Positions 37,096 to 47,612 of a stretch of 64,000 bases of DNA are shown in pieces. This stretch comes from Thermoanaerobaculia bacterium. GTDB taxonomy: Bacteria; Acidobacteriota; Thermoanaerobaculia; Multivoradales; Multivoraceae. The position numbers and the translations under genes were made by a program. The DNA lies in the NCBI GenBank assembly GCA_963664405.1, contig OY761158.1, forward strand, positions 5,472,001 to 5,536,000, in the 5' to 3' direction. Position 1 is the stretch's first letter; the number at the start of each line of letters is the position of its first letter. The notes beneath the pieces were generated by a model, which made no database searches, was not told the DNA's origin, and saw only the letters and a list, made by a program, of their open reading frames with translations.

Positions 37096-38059
37096 TCCGG
37101 CCTACAAGCGTGCGCGCCCAGGTCAGAGGACGCGCCGTGGGCGGTGGCTCCTGGTAGAGGAAACCGCCACCGACTTCGATCACTTGTGGCTCGGCCTCCG
37201 GCCAGCGGCGATCCCGTGGATAACCTTCCCGGGTCGAGAAGTGGACGACCAGAGAGCGGCGAGACCTCTCCGGATCCAGCACCGGCGTGCCTCCATGAAC
37301 GAGCGCCGCGTGCCACAAGAGGACATCGCCTTTGTTGGCTCTTAGAGTCAGAGCTTCGAGGCCGGATGACTCACAGGTCGACTTCATACGGCTTTCGAAG
37401 GCCTCGACCTCGGATTCGTCACCGGAGCTCCAGACGATGCCACCGTCGGCCCACTGATACTTTGGAAGGCGATGCGAGCCCGGGTAGTAGAGCAGAGGAC
37501 CGTTGTCGGCGTCGACATCTTCGCAGGCGATCCAGCAGCCGATGAGGTGGGACAGGATGCCGGCCTGCACGTAGGGAAAATCCTGGTGCAGATGCTGCTC
37601 GCTTCCGTATTCGAAGTACAGGCTCTGCATGGCTACCGGCGGCTGGCCGAGGAGAGTCGCTACGGCGTCGACGACGCCGGAGTGAAACGCGAGCCTCCGC
37701 GCTGCCTCTGAGGTGTCCTGAAAGTCCAGGACTCGGTAATGATGGTGGGTCAGCTCCGAGCGCGGCGCGACCTCGGGAAAGGGTTGTAGGCCTTTGCCCT
37801 CTACCATGACCTTGATCTCGGGTGGTCGCCGCTCCCATGCGTCCTCGATGTCGGCGAGGAAGGCGTCTATCAATCCGGGCTCGACTAAGTTCGGCAAATA
37901 GAGGAAGCCGTCCCGCTGCCAGAGGGCGGCGCGCTCGGCCTGCTCTACGCTCAGAATGCCAGCTTCGCGGCGACGCTCGAGCTCCGCGGGAAAGGACTCC
38001 CTATCGACCCAGGGTAGTGTTTCGTGCTCGAAATCGGGGGCCGCCACGTGTTGCTCCAA
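37073..38059 (-). CDS. Phytanoyl-CoA dioxygenase (PhyH) family Fe/2OG dioxygenase
   Basis: HQD, WIACEDV..DNGPL.YYPGSH, WHAALVHGG. Confidence 0.88.
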   Translation of the reverse strand: MEQHVAAPDFEHETLPWVDRESFPAELERRREAGILSVEQAERAALWQRDGFLYLPNLVEPGLIDAFLADIEDAWERRPPEIKVMVEGKGLQPFPEVAPRSELTHHHYRVLDFQDTSEAARRLAFHSGVVDAVATLLGQPPVAMQSLYFEYGSEQHLHQDFPYVQAGILSHLIGCWIACEDVDADNGPLLYYPGSHRLPKYQWADGGIVWSSGDESEVEAFESRMKSTCESSGLEALTLRANKGDVLLWHAALVHGGTPVLDPERSRRSLVVHFSTREGYPRDRRWPEAEPQVIEVGGGFLYQEPPPTARPLTWARTLVGRIKSRLRL

Positions 38060-38323
38060 ACAGAGTTCTGCTGGTTGTCGGACTTTACCCCCTATTCCCT
38101 CCGGTCCCGTAGCCTGGGGTTAGTGCTACCCCGAGGGAGAGTGCTCTTTCCGGCAATTCCTGCCACTATGCCGATGCGTCTCGCAGTCTTTTCTGTGATG
38201 AGCCTAGAAACAGTAAATCGGGGTCCAACGTCTCTTCAACGGAGCGTCGGGTGACCCCCCCGAGACTCTCTGCGTTCGACGGCTCGAGAGCGGGGTGTAT
38301 GTGCACCAACGAGGAACTACCGG

Positions 38324-40441
38324 ATGTTTGCTTTCCAGGACGGTGTACGGCGTTTAGAGATGAATATGTTTAGTAATTCCCACCATCAGTACGGAGCGTC
38401 GCGGTGGGTCGCGCTCTCGTTGCTGTGCCTCGCGCTTCTCTTTTGCGTCACGACTCCATCTGTCGGCCAGGAGGCGAGCGGTGACGGAGCCGAGGGTGAC
38501 GCCGAGGACCAAGAGGCTTCCACTCAGCCAGTGGTGGCCGAAGCTGCGGGCGAAGAAATCGTAGTCTGGGGCGATCGGCTCGAAGAATCGATTCCGCTCG
38601 AGCTCGAGCAATACGGTTCGCGTGTCGAGGTTGTCGAGAGTGAGCAAATCCGGGACAGCGGCTACATCGATGTCAGTCAGATCCCCCAGAGTGCTGTTCC
38701 GGGCCTGTACGTGGCCCAGAAGAACGGTCCCTTCGACTACGTCAACGCCTCACTGCAAGGGTCTCGAACCAAAGAGATTCTCTGGCTCGTCGATGGCGTG
38801 CGCATCTCGAATCGGCTCTACGACTCGACCACGCCGCTCGACACGCTGCCGGCCCACGTAGTCGAGCGCGTCGAGGTGCTCAAGGGTGGCCAGGGTCTCT
38901 TCTACGGCACTCAATCGGTGGGTGGTGTGATCAATGTGGTCACTCGGAGTCACACCGCCAAGAGCGATGGATCCATTTCGATCGGTTCCCACACCAACGA
39001 GGGAACCCAGGTCAACGGATCGGCGCGTGGAGGCAAAGGGGCACATCGCTTCGTCGCCTACGCCTCTGAGGACGATGCCGACGGGTTCCAGCCCTTTCGG
39101 GACTCCGACTACCAGCCGAGCTCGACCGATCGCGAGCGCGGCTATGACGTGCGGACTTTCGGGGGTCGCTACCGAGGAGGCCTCGGTTCGCAACTGTTGA
39201 TCTCGGCTCAGCTGCAGCAAACCGATGCACAGCTGGATTTCGCAGCGGCCGAAGATCGCGCCGTGTCCTTCAACGAGCGAGACGAAGTGATCTCTTCGTT
39301 GAAGCTGGATTGGAGCCCGAACCCCCGTTTCGATCTCTATGCCAAGGGCTATTGGCACGACTGGGACTCGACCTTCACCCGGGTCGACAACGATCTGGCA
39401 GTGCCTGGCGGCTTGACCACGATTTACGATCACGCGATCTGGCAGTTTGAAGACACTGGGCTCAACGTCGTCGGCGAGGTCGACCTGAGTGACGAAGCGA
39501 CGCTTCTGTTCGGGTACGACTACCAGCGCTACGAGGGGCGGGATGATGTTTTCCTCATCGGAGAGCAGGCGGAGAGCGTCAATGCTCTTTTCACTCAGGC
39601 GCGGTTCGACTTCGATGTCCTCGACGGCCTCGGCTTTGCTGTCGGAGCGCGCCACAACGAGCCCTCGGACGGTCAGAACAAGACCATCTGGAATCTCGCC
39701 GGCGAGGTTGCGCTCAATGACAAGTACTACACGCGGGCGCAGGTCGGCACCTCTTTTCGGCTGCCCTCCGCATACGAGCTCTATGTCATCGACCCCTGCT
39801 GCGAGAAGGGCAACCCCAACCTGGTCGGCGAGGAGAGCTTCAACGCGGAGGCCGGAGTAGGGGGGCGGCACAGCCGTTTCCACTGGGAAGTGAACTCTTT
39901 TTATCGCAACGTCGAGGACTTGATCAGCATCGACTTCGACCTGCCGGATTTCCCCGATGGCCTCATCGTCAACACCGATGCCGAAGTCGGTGTGCTCGGT
40001 TATGAAGTGATCGCCGGCTTCAGCTTCACGGATTCGCTTTCGATGTCGTTCTCCAGCATGCGCAATGAGGCCGAAGCGAAGGGGAGCTCCGATCAGATCC
40101 CCGACGTTCCCCTCGATACCTCCAAGCTCTCGCTGACCTGGCGTCCCGGTTCGCTCCCGCTGGCCTTCCTCGCCGGAGTCAATCACGTCGGTGATGTTTT
40201 CGACACGGTGGGTGGCGGCGTTGGGCGTGTCGAGCACGGCAATTACACGGTTCTGGATCTCGCCGCCTCCTATACCTTGGCCGAGCGCCACCGCATTGGC
40301 GTGCGGCTCGAGAATGTCTTCGATGAGGAGTACGACACTCGGGTCGTCCGTGTACGTCGCGACATCGACGGGAGCTCTTACGGAGCCGGTACCCTGGGCT
40401 TGCCGCGCACGCTCTATGTAAGCTACGGCTTCCTGTTCTGA
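38324..40441 (+). CDS. TonB-dependent receptor
   Basis: TonB box EEIVVWG, plug ERVEVLKGGQGLFYG..GGVINVV, ENVFDEEY, C-terminal Phe. Confidence 0.92.
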   Translation: MFAFQDGVRRLEMNMFSNSHHQYGASRWVALSLLCLALLFCVTTPSVGQEASGDGAEGDAEDQEASTQPVVAEAAGEEIVVWGDRLEESIPLELEQYGSRVEVVESEQIRDSGYIDVSQIPQSAVPGLYVAQKNGPFDYVNASLQGSRTKEILWLVDGVRISNRLYDSTTPLDTLPAHVVERVEVLKGGQGLFYGTQSVGGVINVVTRSHTAKSDGSISIGSHTNEGTQVNGSARGGKGAHRFVAYASEDDADGFQPFRDSDYQPSSTDRERGYDVRTFGGRYRGGLGSQLLISAQLQQTDAQLDFAAAEDRAVSFNERDEVISSLKLDWSPNPRFDLYAKGYWHDWDSTFTRVDNDLAVPGGLTTIYDHAIWQFEDTGLNVVGEVDLSDEATLLFGYDYQRYEGRDDVFLIGEQAESVNALFTQARFDFDVLDGLGFAVGARHNEPSDGQNKTIWNLAGEVALNDKYYTRAQVGTSFRLPSAYELYVIDPCCEKGNPNLVGEESFNAEAGVGGRHSRFHWEVNSFYRNVEDLISIDFDLPDFPDGLIVNTDAEVGVLGYEVIAGFSFTDSLSMSFSSMRNEAEAKGSSDQIPDVPLDTSKLSLTWRPGSLPLAFLAGVNHVGDVFDTVGGGVGRVEHGNYTVLDLAASYTLAERHRIGVRLENVFDEEYDTRVVRVRRDIDGSSYGAGTLGLPRTLYVSYGFLF

Positions 40442-40479
40442 AGAAAGTCTTCAGGGCCGGCCTGGCAGGCAACCGACCC

Positions 40480-42009
40480 ATGCTCACCAGAACCAGGATC
40501 AAGAAGTGGCTCCTGCTCACTCATCGCTACCTCGGCCTAGCCGGCTGCGTGCTGTTCCTGATCTGGTTCCTTTCGGGCTTCGCGATGATGTACGTGGAGA
40601 TGCCCTATCTTCTGCGCACCGATTCTCGCCTCGACGGGTTTGAGAGTCTCGAGGCCTCGATACCGCTCCTCGAGCCGGCCGCCGCCCTAACAAAGGCGGG
40701 GATCGAGCAGCCGCCGCGGCGCCTCTTTCTCACAATGCAGGACGGTACTCCGGTTTGGCGGGCGTTACCGCAGCGGGGGCCGATGGTCACCCTGGCGGCG
40801 GATACCGGGAATGTGCTCGGCCCTTGGAGTCCGGATGCTGCGTTGCGCTCGGCACAGAGCTGGGGCGGCTGGGACGGCGATCTCGAGTACGAGCGCACGG
40901 TCGACTTGGATCAGTGGACGCTCTATTCGAACCTCTTCGCCCAGCATCGCCCACTCCATCGCTTCCGAGTCGACGGGCCCCGCGGCGCCTTGGTCCATGT
41001 CTCCGAGACCACCGGAATGGTGGTCCAGATCACGACGCGGCGAGAGCGGCTGTTGGCGTGGATCGGCCCGATCGTGCACTGGATCTATCCCACGATTGTG
41101 CGCAAGCACGGCAATCTGTGGACGAACCTGGTGGTCTCCCTCTCCGCCCTGGGCGTCGTCCTGGTTGTTGCCGGCACAGTTCTGGGGTTCTGGAATCTAC
41201 GCAGACGCTCCTCGAAGAACGGCATCAGCCCCTATACCCAGCGTTGGATGCGCTGGCACCATCTATTCGGGGTGAGCTTCTCTGTCGTGACTCTGAGCTG
41301 GATCTTCAGCGGCATGATGAGCATGAACCCTCTGGAGTGGGCGCCCGACACCGGCGCCACCGCGGAGGAGGTCGCTCGGCTCGCCGGAGGGGAGCTGGAC
41401 TGGTCCGCCTTCCACGTCGGCGCCGACGATGCGCTCGCTTCGTTCGCGGGTCTCGAGGTCAAAGAGCTCGAGGCGCGCTTCTTTGCCGGTCGTCCGTACT
41501 GGGTCGCCTGGGAGACTCCCAAGAGGAGCCTGGTTCTGGCCGCTGATGTCGCTGACGCCGTACCCTCGGCTGAGTTTCCTGGCTCTATGCTCAGATCGAC
41601 GACCGCCGGCCTGGTTCCTGGGGCCTCGCTGATCGAGTGGACACGGCTTGAGGATTACGACAACTACTACTACTCCAAGAAGTCGTTTCGGTACCGGAAA
41701 CGCCTCCCGATCTACCGGGCCCGCTTCGACGACTCTCAAAAGACCAGCTACTACATCGACCCCCACGCTGGCGCCGTCGTGCAGCGAATGGAGCCCCTCA
41801 GTCGCCTCAGCCGCTACCTCTACCAGGGGCTCCATTCTTGGGACATCCTGGGCTTCTTCAATCGGCGACCTTGGTGGGACCTCATCCTCGGTTTCTTCAT
41901 GATCGGGGGAGCCTTCGGCGCCCTCACCAGCGTCGCGATCGGCCTGAAGTGGTCGCAGCGTTGGTGGTCGAGAAGACGCCGCACGGCGAAGGCCGGCTCG
42001 CACGGCTGA
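40480..42009 (+). CDS. PepSY-associated TM helix domain protein
   Basis: HRYLG..WFLSG, VHWIY, WHHLFG, YQGLHSWD conserved His helices. Confidence 0.85.
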   Translation: MLTRTRIKKWLLLTHRYLGLAGCVLFLIWFLSGFAMMYVEMPYLLRTDSRLDGFESLEASIPLLEPAAALTKAGIEQPPRRLFLTMQDGTPVWRALPQRGPMVTLAADTGNVLGPWSPDAALRSAQSWGGWDGDLEYERTVDLDQWTLYSNLFAQHRPLHRFRVDGPRGALVHVSETTGMVVQITTRRERLLAWIGPIVHWIYPTIVRKHGNLWTNLVVSLSALGVVLVVAGTVLGFWNLRRRSSKNGISPYTQRWMRWHHLFGVSFSVVTLSWIFSGMMSMNPLEWAPDTGATAEEVARLAGGELDWSAFHVGADDALASFAGLEVKELEARFFAGRPYWVAWETPKRSLVLAADVADAVPSAEFPGSMLRSTTAGLVPGASLIEWTRLEDYDNYYYSKKSFRYRKRLPIYRARFDDSQKTSYYIDPHAGAVVQRMEPLSRLSRYLYQGLHSWDILGFFNRRPWWDLILGFFMIGGAFGALTSVAIGLKWSQRWWSRRRRTAKAGSHG

Positions 42010-42310
42010 TCGATTGGCCGAGTCAGCCGTTCCCTCGGCTCAGCCCTCGCGTTGACACGAGAGCGATGCCCGAGGGGGGATCGGATAGGATCGAAAGCAC
42101 GATCACCATCGTGGGGGGCGCGCGCACGGGGGGCGGCCCTCGTGCGTGGGCAACGTTACCGTTGCTAGAAGGCAGAGGTCGGGTTGGGACGGAGTCCGCC
42201 TCTGGCAGGGCATAGACCTATAGGTATAAGATGTATGGTCCGCGCTCAGCGAAAGGAGTCGTTTCGCGACGGGTTGAAAGCTGGTGGGGTTGGACGTGCG
42301 AGACCTTGCG

Positions 42311-43690
42311 ATGGAGGAAAGAACCGAGAAGCCTCTTCCGGAGGTAGCTTCCCAAGATCGTCTGTTCGGCCAGACTTCGGTCGAGTGCGGGGCAGTGACG
42401 TCGGAGCAGTTGGCTGAAGCGACTCGGATTCAGAGCCGCGAGGGCGGCGGCAGGAAGCTCGGGGAGATCTTCCTCGATCTCGGCTGGATAACCTCCGCCG
42501 ATCTTCTACGAGTCTTGAAGGCGCAGAGGTCGACTCGCGACGAGACAGCGGTGGTGGACATGGACGGCGGGGCTACCGCTGCGCCACCGAAACCACCTGC
42601 AACGCCGGCTGCCGGGGCCCCTTTGGCGCTCGAGAGGTATCTTCGACAGGCGGCCCTCGACGGCGCCAGCGATCTTCACTTCCATGCTGGCTCACCGATG
42701 CGAGTGCGCATCCATGGCGAGCTACAGACTACGGGAAAGGAAGCTTACTCGGCTGCTCAGATGCTCGAGCTCCTTGGGCCGGTTCTGAGCGAAGCCGAGA
42801 TGCTCAAGTTGCGTCAAGCAGGTGAGGTGGACTTCATTTTCGATCTGCCGGGGATCGCTCGCTTCCGCGGCGCCGCATACCGTCAGCAGAGGGGGATCGA
42901 CGCTGTCTTCCGTGTCATTGCCCAGGAGCCACCGACTCTCGAGAGTCTCGGTCTTCCCTCAGACCTCGCTCGCTTCACCAACTACCACCAAGGCTTGGTG
43001 CTCATTACCGGACCCGCGGGCTGTGGCAAGAGTTCGACCATGGCAGCTCTTCTCGATCTCATCAATCGCGAGCGCCGTGAACATATTTTGACTGCCGAGG
43101 ATCCGATCGAGTTCGTCCATTCGTCGAAAGGATGCATCGTCAATCAGCGCCAGATCGGTACCCACTGCCCCGACTATGCCGACATGCTCCGGGCCGCGCT
43201 GCGTGAGGACCCAGACGTGATTGCTCTTGGCGAGCTGCGCGACCCCGAGACCATCGGCTTGGCGCTGACCGCGGCCGAGACCGGCCATCTCGTCTTGGCG
43301 ACGATGCACACCGGCGGTGCGATTCGGACAGTGAATCGGCTGATCGGTGTTTTTCCTCCTTCCGAGCAGGAGCAGGTGAGAGTGATGGTGTCGGAGTCTC
43401 TCCGCGGAGTCATCTCGCAGCGCCTCGTCGCCCGTGCCGACGGCACAGGGCGGGTCCCCGCTCTCGAGATCCTTCTCGTCAATCATGCCGTCGGCAATCT
43501 CATTCGCGACAACAAGTCGTATCAGCTCGAGTCGGCGTTGCAGCTCGGGGCCGGTGAGGGAATGCGAACTATGCAGCAGTCTTTCCAGGAGCTAATCAAG
43601 AACTGGGTGATCACCAGGGAAGAAGCGACCCGTCAAGGTGCCAAGGTGGACACCGGGACAAAGAGATCGGACGATCGTGAACTTGATTGA
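42311..43690 (+). CDS. pilT: PilT/PilU type IV pilus ATPase with N-terminal MshEN-like module
   Basis: ASDLHF, Walker A GPAGCGKS, EDPIE, REDPDVI..GELRD, TGHLV.ATMH. Confidence 0.9.
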   Translation: MEERTEKPLPEVASQDRLFGQTSVECGAVTSEQLAEATRIQSREGGGRKLGEIFLDLGWITSADLLRVLKAQRSTRDETAVVDMDGGATAAPPKPPATPAAGAPLALERYLRQAALDGASDLHFHAGSPMRVRIHGELQTTGKEAYSAAQMLELLGPVLSEAEMLKLRQAGEVDFIFDLPGIARFRGAAYRQQRGIDAVFRVIAQEPPTLESLGLPSDLARFTNYHQGLVLITGPAGCGKSSTMAALLDLINRERREHILTAEDPIEFVHSSKGCIVNQRQIGTHCPDYADMLRAALREDPDVIALGELRDPETIGLALTAAETGHLVLATMHTGGAIRTVNRLIGVFPPSEQEQVRVMVSESLRGVISQRLVARADGTGRVPALEILLVNHAVGNLIRDNKSYQLESALQLGAGEGMRTMQQSFQELIKNWVITREEATRQGAKVDTGTKRSDDRELD

Positions 43691-44732
43691 GATGTTGCGG
43701 CGCGTCAGCGATAGCGGCGCGTCAGATCTTCACCTCGCCGCCGGCCTGGAGCCTCGCTTGCGACTGAACGGTCGGTTGTCCGCGATCGAGGGCCAGGGGG
43801 AGCTCGGTGACATCAGACTACAGTCGATGCTCAAAGAGCTCACCAATGAGGAGCAATGGAATCGCTATATGAGTGTGGGCGATCTCGATTTCGCCTACGG
43901 TTTGGAGGGGGCCGGCCGTTTTCGGGCCAATTACTTCCGCCAGGCAAGGGGAGCCGCGGCAGTTTTCCGTAGGATCCCTGAAGAGATCACGCCACTGGAG
44001 GATCTGGGTATTCCACAGGCCGTCCAGTCGCTTGCAGACATCAGGGAGGGGCTCGTTCTGGTGACCGGGCCGACCGGCTCGGGGAAGTCGACCACTCTGG
44101 CGGCGATCATCGATCGCATCAATCGTGAGCGCTCGCTGCACGTCGTCACCATCGAAGACCCGGTTGAGTTTCTACACCGGGACCGTCGCTGTGTCTTTTC
44201 GCAGAGAGAAGTCGGCACTGACACCGAAAGCTTTGCCGCGGCGGTTCGGGCGGCGATGAGGGCGGACGCGGATGTGATCCTGGTTGGTGAGCTCCGAGAT
44301 CGAGAGACCGTTGAGCTCGCCCTGACGGCAGCTGAGATGGGGACGCTGGTTTTTGGCACTTTACACACGAACAATGCGGTAAAGACGGTAGATCGCATCA
44401 TCGACGTCTTTCCTGCGGATCAACAAGCGCAGATTCGTCTGGCTCTTGCTGACAGTCTGGCGGCGGTGGTAGCGCAAAATCTGCTGACCTCCGCGGACGG
44501 CAGCTCTCGCTGGCCCGCGACCGAGATCCTGTTCAGGACCGCGGGCCTCGCCAACGCCATTCGTGAAGGCTCGACGCATATGATCCGCAACTTCATTCTC
44601 AGCGGCCACAACATCGGTATGCGCTCAATGGACGACTCTCTGATGGAGCTCTTACAGGCGAAGAAGATCGGCTTTGACGACGCCTATCGTCGCGCCGTCA
44701 ACAGAGATCCTTTCGAGTCCCTCAAGCCGTAG
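43677..44732 (+). CDS. pilT: PilT/PilU type IV pilus ATPase (second paralog)
   Basis: ASDLHL, GPTGSGKST, EDPVE, GELRD, GTLHT; GTG start overlapping the upstream gene. Confidence 0.9.
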   Translation: MNLIEMLRRVSDSGASDLHLAAGLEPRLRLNGRLSAIEGQGELGDIRLQSMLKELTNEEQWNRYMSVGDLDFAYGLEGAGRFRANYFRQARGAAAVFRRIPEEITPLEDLGIPQAVQSLADIREGLVLVTGPTGSGKSTTLAAIIDRINRERSLHVVTIEDPVEFLHRDRRCVFSQREVGTDTESFAAAVRAAMRADADVILVGELRDRETVELALTAAEMGTLVFGTLHTNNAVKTVDRIIDVFPADQQAQIRLALADSLAAVVAQNLLTSADGSSRWPATEILFRTAGLANAIREGSTHMIRNFILSGHNIGMRSMDDSLMELLQAKKIGFDDAYRRAVNRDPFESLKP

Positions 44733-44771
44733 CTTGCTCGCGTAGGCTTGGGCGTTGGGCTCGTCGAGCCG

Positions 44772-44948
44772 CTACTCAGTCGACTTGTCGTCGTTGTCGT
44801 CGGAGCTGCCGGACTCGCCATTGCTGATTCCGGTCTTGAAGTTTCGGATTCCTTCACCTAGGCCTTTTCCTAGTTTGGGAAGCTTCGAAGCTCCGAAGAA
44901 GACGATGACGATCAAGAGGATGACGAGTAGTTCGGTGACCCCTGGCAT
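44772..44948 (-). CDS. tatA: Twin-arginine translocase TatA/TatE subunit
   Basis: [33 protein letters not shown]; AGGAGG RBS. Confidence 0.93.
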   Translation of the reverse strand: MPGVTELLVILLIVIVFFGASKLPKLGKGLGEGIRNFKTGISNGESGSSDDNDDKSTE

Positions 44949-45054
44949 TCGTGACCTCCTGTGGGATCGAACCGGCCGGGTGGCTTCGGGATAGGCCGTG
45001 AGGACTTCTTGGAACGCTATCATGGCGCTGTCTACGTACCTGACCGCTAGGTCG

Positions 45055-45555
45055 ATGATGATGTTTAGCAATTTCAGGCGGCTCCGCTTGCGCCGACGGT
45101 TCCTCCCCCTCTCCCTTCTGTTCTTGCCGTTGGTAGCCGGATGCTCCGGCGACGAGCCGGCCGTTCCGGTTCCAGAGGTCGCCGAAGTCCGAGCGGCGCA
45201 TGAAGCCTGGGTGACGGCGCTCAACAGACAGGATGTGGACTACCTCGAGCACCATGCTCTTCCCGAGATCAGCATGTTCAGTGCCAGCGGTCGTTTGCGG
45301 AAGGATCTAGGAGAGGCGGGTTGGGAGGCGATGCGCGGCGGTGCCAGGCAGGCCGGACGCGAGCAGCGCCGAGTCGAGCACCAGATCGAAGAGATCAGAG
45401 TCTACGGTGACGTCGCGATGGTTACCGGGCACAGCCGGGTAGGCGTGACAGGCGTCGATGGCGATCGCCCGGAGCTGCGCCGACGGCTGACCTACATCTG
45501 GGTTCGCACCGACCAAGGCTGGAGACAGGCCCACCATCACGTTTCGGATCTCTGA
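45055..45555 (+). CDS. NTF2-like/DUF4440 lipoprotein
   Basis: Lipobox VAGC; [28 protein letters not shown]. Confidence 0.8.
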   Translation: MMMFSNFRRLRLRRRFLPLSLLFLPLVAGCSGDEPAVPVPEVAEVRAAHEAWVTALNRQDVDYLEHHALPEISMFSASGRLRKDLGEAGWEAMRGGARQAGREQRRVEHQIEEIRVYGDVAMVTGHSRVGVTGVDGDRPELRRRLTYIWVRTDQGWRQAHHHVSDL

Positions 45556-45582
45556 GGCCTCCAGGAGCTGGGCGGCAGCTCC

Positions 45583-45650
45583 GGATGCGCCGTCCTCGGC
45601 GCCATGTACTCTAGCCGTAGGAAGTGATAAGCGATCACTTCCGGAGGCTA
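45583..45650 (+). repeat. Two-hairpin intergenic repeat, copy A
   Basis: GGAT-GCGCCG-TCCT-CGGCGC-CATG...TAGCC-GTA-GGAAGTGAT-N5-ATCACTTCC-GGA-GGCTA. Confidence 0.85.
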
Positions 45651-46724
45651 GACCCTCATCAACACCGATCCCCAGTGCAGTCCGGCTCCGAGCGCGGTGA
45701 AGGCGACCAGATCACCTTGGCATATACGGCCCTGCGCTCGTGCCTCGTGGAAACACAGCGGCAGCGTGGCGGATGTTGTATTGCCATAGCGTTGGATATT
45801 GTTGTGGACCTTCTCCGAAGGTAGGCCCATCGCCTTCTGGGCGGCTTCGTTGATGCGCAGATTGGCCTGGTGCATGATCAACATTCCGAGATCGTCGAGG
45901 GTGTAGCCACAGTTTTCGAGCAGGCTGCGGGTCACTTTGGGCATCCGAGTCACCGCGAGTCTGAAGACCGCCCGTCCGTCCATTACCGGTACCCAGCTGC
46001 CGTCCTCCAACATCGCTGCGTCGACCATCGGGCGGCTCTTGGATCCGAGACCTGGCACGTGAAGGATCTCGAGGTTGGCGCCGTCGCTGTAGAGTTCGGA
46101 TCCGAGGATCCCGCGGCCGTCCGACTCTTCGTGGGCTCGAAACACCATCGCCCCCGCGGCATCGCCGAAGAGCACCAGGAGGTTGCGGAAGCGTGTATTC
46201 CAGGCGAAGTCTTCGGCGTGGTCCAGCCGCCGGTCTTCTTCCGCGAGTAGCACCTCCCAGCTCAGATCGGAGAAGGGCATGAGACTGGTGTGCACGTCGG
46301 TGCCGACGAGCAGGACCGTCGAGGCGGTGCCACTACCGATCAGCGCATTCACCAATTGCAGGCCGAAGGCGAAACCGGCGCACTGCTGGCGAATGTCCAG
46401 GCTGGGTCTGGGAGAGATGCCGAGCCCGTGCTGGATCGCCGTTCCAGCTCCCGGAAAGTAGTGGTCGGGGGTCATGGTCGCGCAGACGATGTAGTCGACC
46501 TCGTCGGCGTCGATCGCCGCGTCCTCGATCGCCGCTTGGGCGGCTCGAATTCCTAGATCTGAAGAGGCTACGCCGGGCTCGACGAAGAACCTCTGGACGA
46601 TCCCGGTTCGCTCGCGGATCCATTCGTCATTGGTGTCCATGATGCGAGCGAGCCGATCGTTGTCGATCGCGATCTCGCCGGTTGCGATTCCGCTGCCAAG
46701 AAGAAGGGCACGCTGTTCCGTCAT
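45648..46724 (-). CDS. fabH: 3-oxoacyl-ACP synthase III (FabH family)
   Basis: DEWIRERTGI, QQCAGF (catalytic Cys), FGDAAGA, HQANLRI, YGNT. Confidence 0.9.
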   Translation of the reverse strand: MTEQRALLLGSGIATGEIAIDNDRLARIMDTNDEWIRERTGIVQRFFVEPGVASSDLGIRAAQAAIEDAAIDADEVDYIVCATMTPDHYFPGAGTAIQHGLGISPRPSLDIRQQCAGFAFGLQLVNALIGSGTASTVLLVGTDVHTSLMPFSDLSWEVLLAEEDRRLDHAEDFAWNTRFRNLLVLFGDAAGAMVFRAHEESDGRGILGSELYSDGANLEILHVPGLGSKSRPMVDAAMLEDGSWVPVMDGRAVFRLAVTRMPKVTRSLLENCGYTLDDLGMLIMHQANLRINEAAQKAMGLPSEKVHNNIQRYGNTTSATLPLCFHEARAQGRICQGDLVAFTALGAGLHWGSVLMRV

Positions 46725-46867
46725 TCGCGACTCCCAGTGAAGTTTCAGCTCAGGCAACGGCGAAGGGGTAGCTTCGTCGTTCTCGATGGCCTCGATTGGA
46801 CTCTGATTGTGCCAGGAACCCGGTCTCAGCGCACGGGAAGTACAATCTTCCTAGGCATGGGAAGACT

Positions 46868-47566
46868 ATGACTGAGATGGACGACGGCATAGCGGACACT
46901 GCTGCGACGAATCCTTGGCAGGAGCGGGACGATATTGGCTTCCTGCGGGCTTTCGTCCGAACTGTCACGGCTCTGATTCGCGATACCAGTAGGGTATTCG
47001 AGGGTACCAAGCCGGAGCTCGGATTTGGGGGGCCGCTCCTATTCGGTGTTCTGGCGGGATCGCTCGGGCAACTTCTCGAGAGCTCTGTTTACTTCGCGCT
47101 CCGGCCGCTGGTTTCTCTCCTGTTGTCGATGGACCTCCCGCTGCTTTCGCCCAGTGCTCTCGGCGGGTTGGGCCTCACCGCGCTCCCCGAGTGGGCGATC
47201 TCGTTTCTCGGCTGCCAGGTCGCGATCCTCGCCATTCCGCTGGTCGTGGTTGTTGTCGGGTTGTTTCTTCTCGTTCTGGCTTGCACCATTCATATGCTTC
47301 TTTGGCTCGTGGGTGGGCTGCGATCATCCGAGGCGGGCTTCAAGGGTACTTTCGCTACGACCTGCTACGCCACCTGCGCCTCGTTAGCACAGGTGGTACC
47401 GTTACTCGGCGATCTGGTCTTTGTCGTTGCCGCTACCACGATCCAGGTCGTTGGCCTTCAAGTGATCCACCGGACGACCTTCAAGAGGGCGCTGACGGCA
47501 GCGATTGGGCCGTTGTTTCTACTGGCGGGTTTCATCGCGGCAGTTGTCTTCGCATCCGCCTATTAG
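46868..47566 (+). CDS. YIP1-like membrane protein
   Basis: NPWQER N-terminus, five TM segments, GFKGTF..CY; start uncertain. Confidence 0.7.
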   Translation: MTEMDDGIADTAATNPWQERDDIGFLRAFVRTVTALIRDTSRVFEGTKPELGFGGPLLFGVLAGSLGQLLESSVYFALRPLVSLLLSMDLPLLSPSALGGLGLTALPEWAISFLGCQVAILAIPLVVVVVGLFLLVLACTIHMLLWLVGGLRSSEAGFKGTFATTCYATCASLAQVVPLLGDLVFVVAATTIQVVGLQVIHRTTFKRALTAAIGPLFLLAGFIAAVVFASAY

Positions 47567-47612
47567 CGGACCTCAGGGCGCGAAGAAAGAACGGCGCCGC
47601 CGCACGGTCACC

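Noticed and set aside
38140-38320. Cobalamin riboswitch upstream of the TonB receptor
   Set aside because: GCCACT is present, but the GGGAA..GGTG.AA.CC core and the B12-box AG.CAG.A.ACC are not
42010-42310. c-di-GMP riboswitch or sigma70 promoter upstream of pilT (several hairpins, TTGACA at 42052)
   Set aside because: No GEMM-like consensus and no -10 at proper spacing; hairpins are expected at this GC content
45620-45642. CRP/FNR-type operator reading of AGTGA-N6/7-TCACT in the two-hairpin repeat
   Set aside because: Spacer length varies between copies and two copies lie between convergent gene ends, favouring a hairpin over an operator
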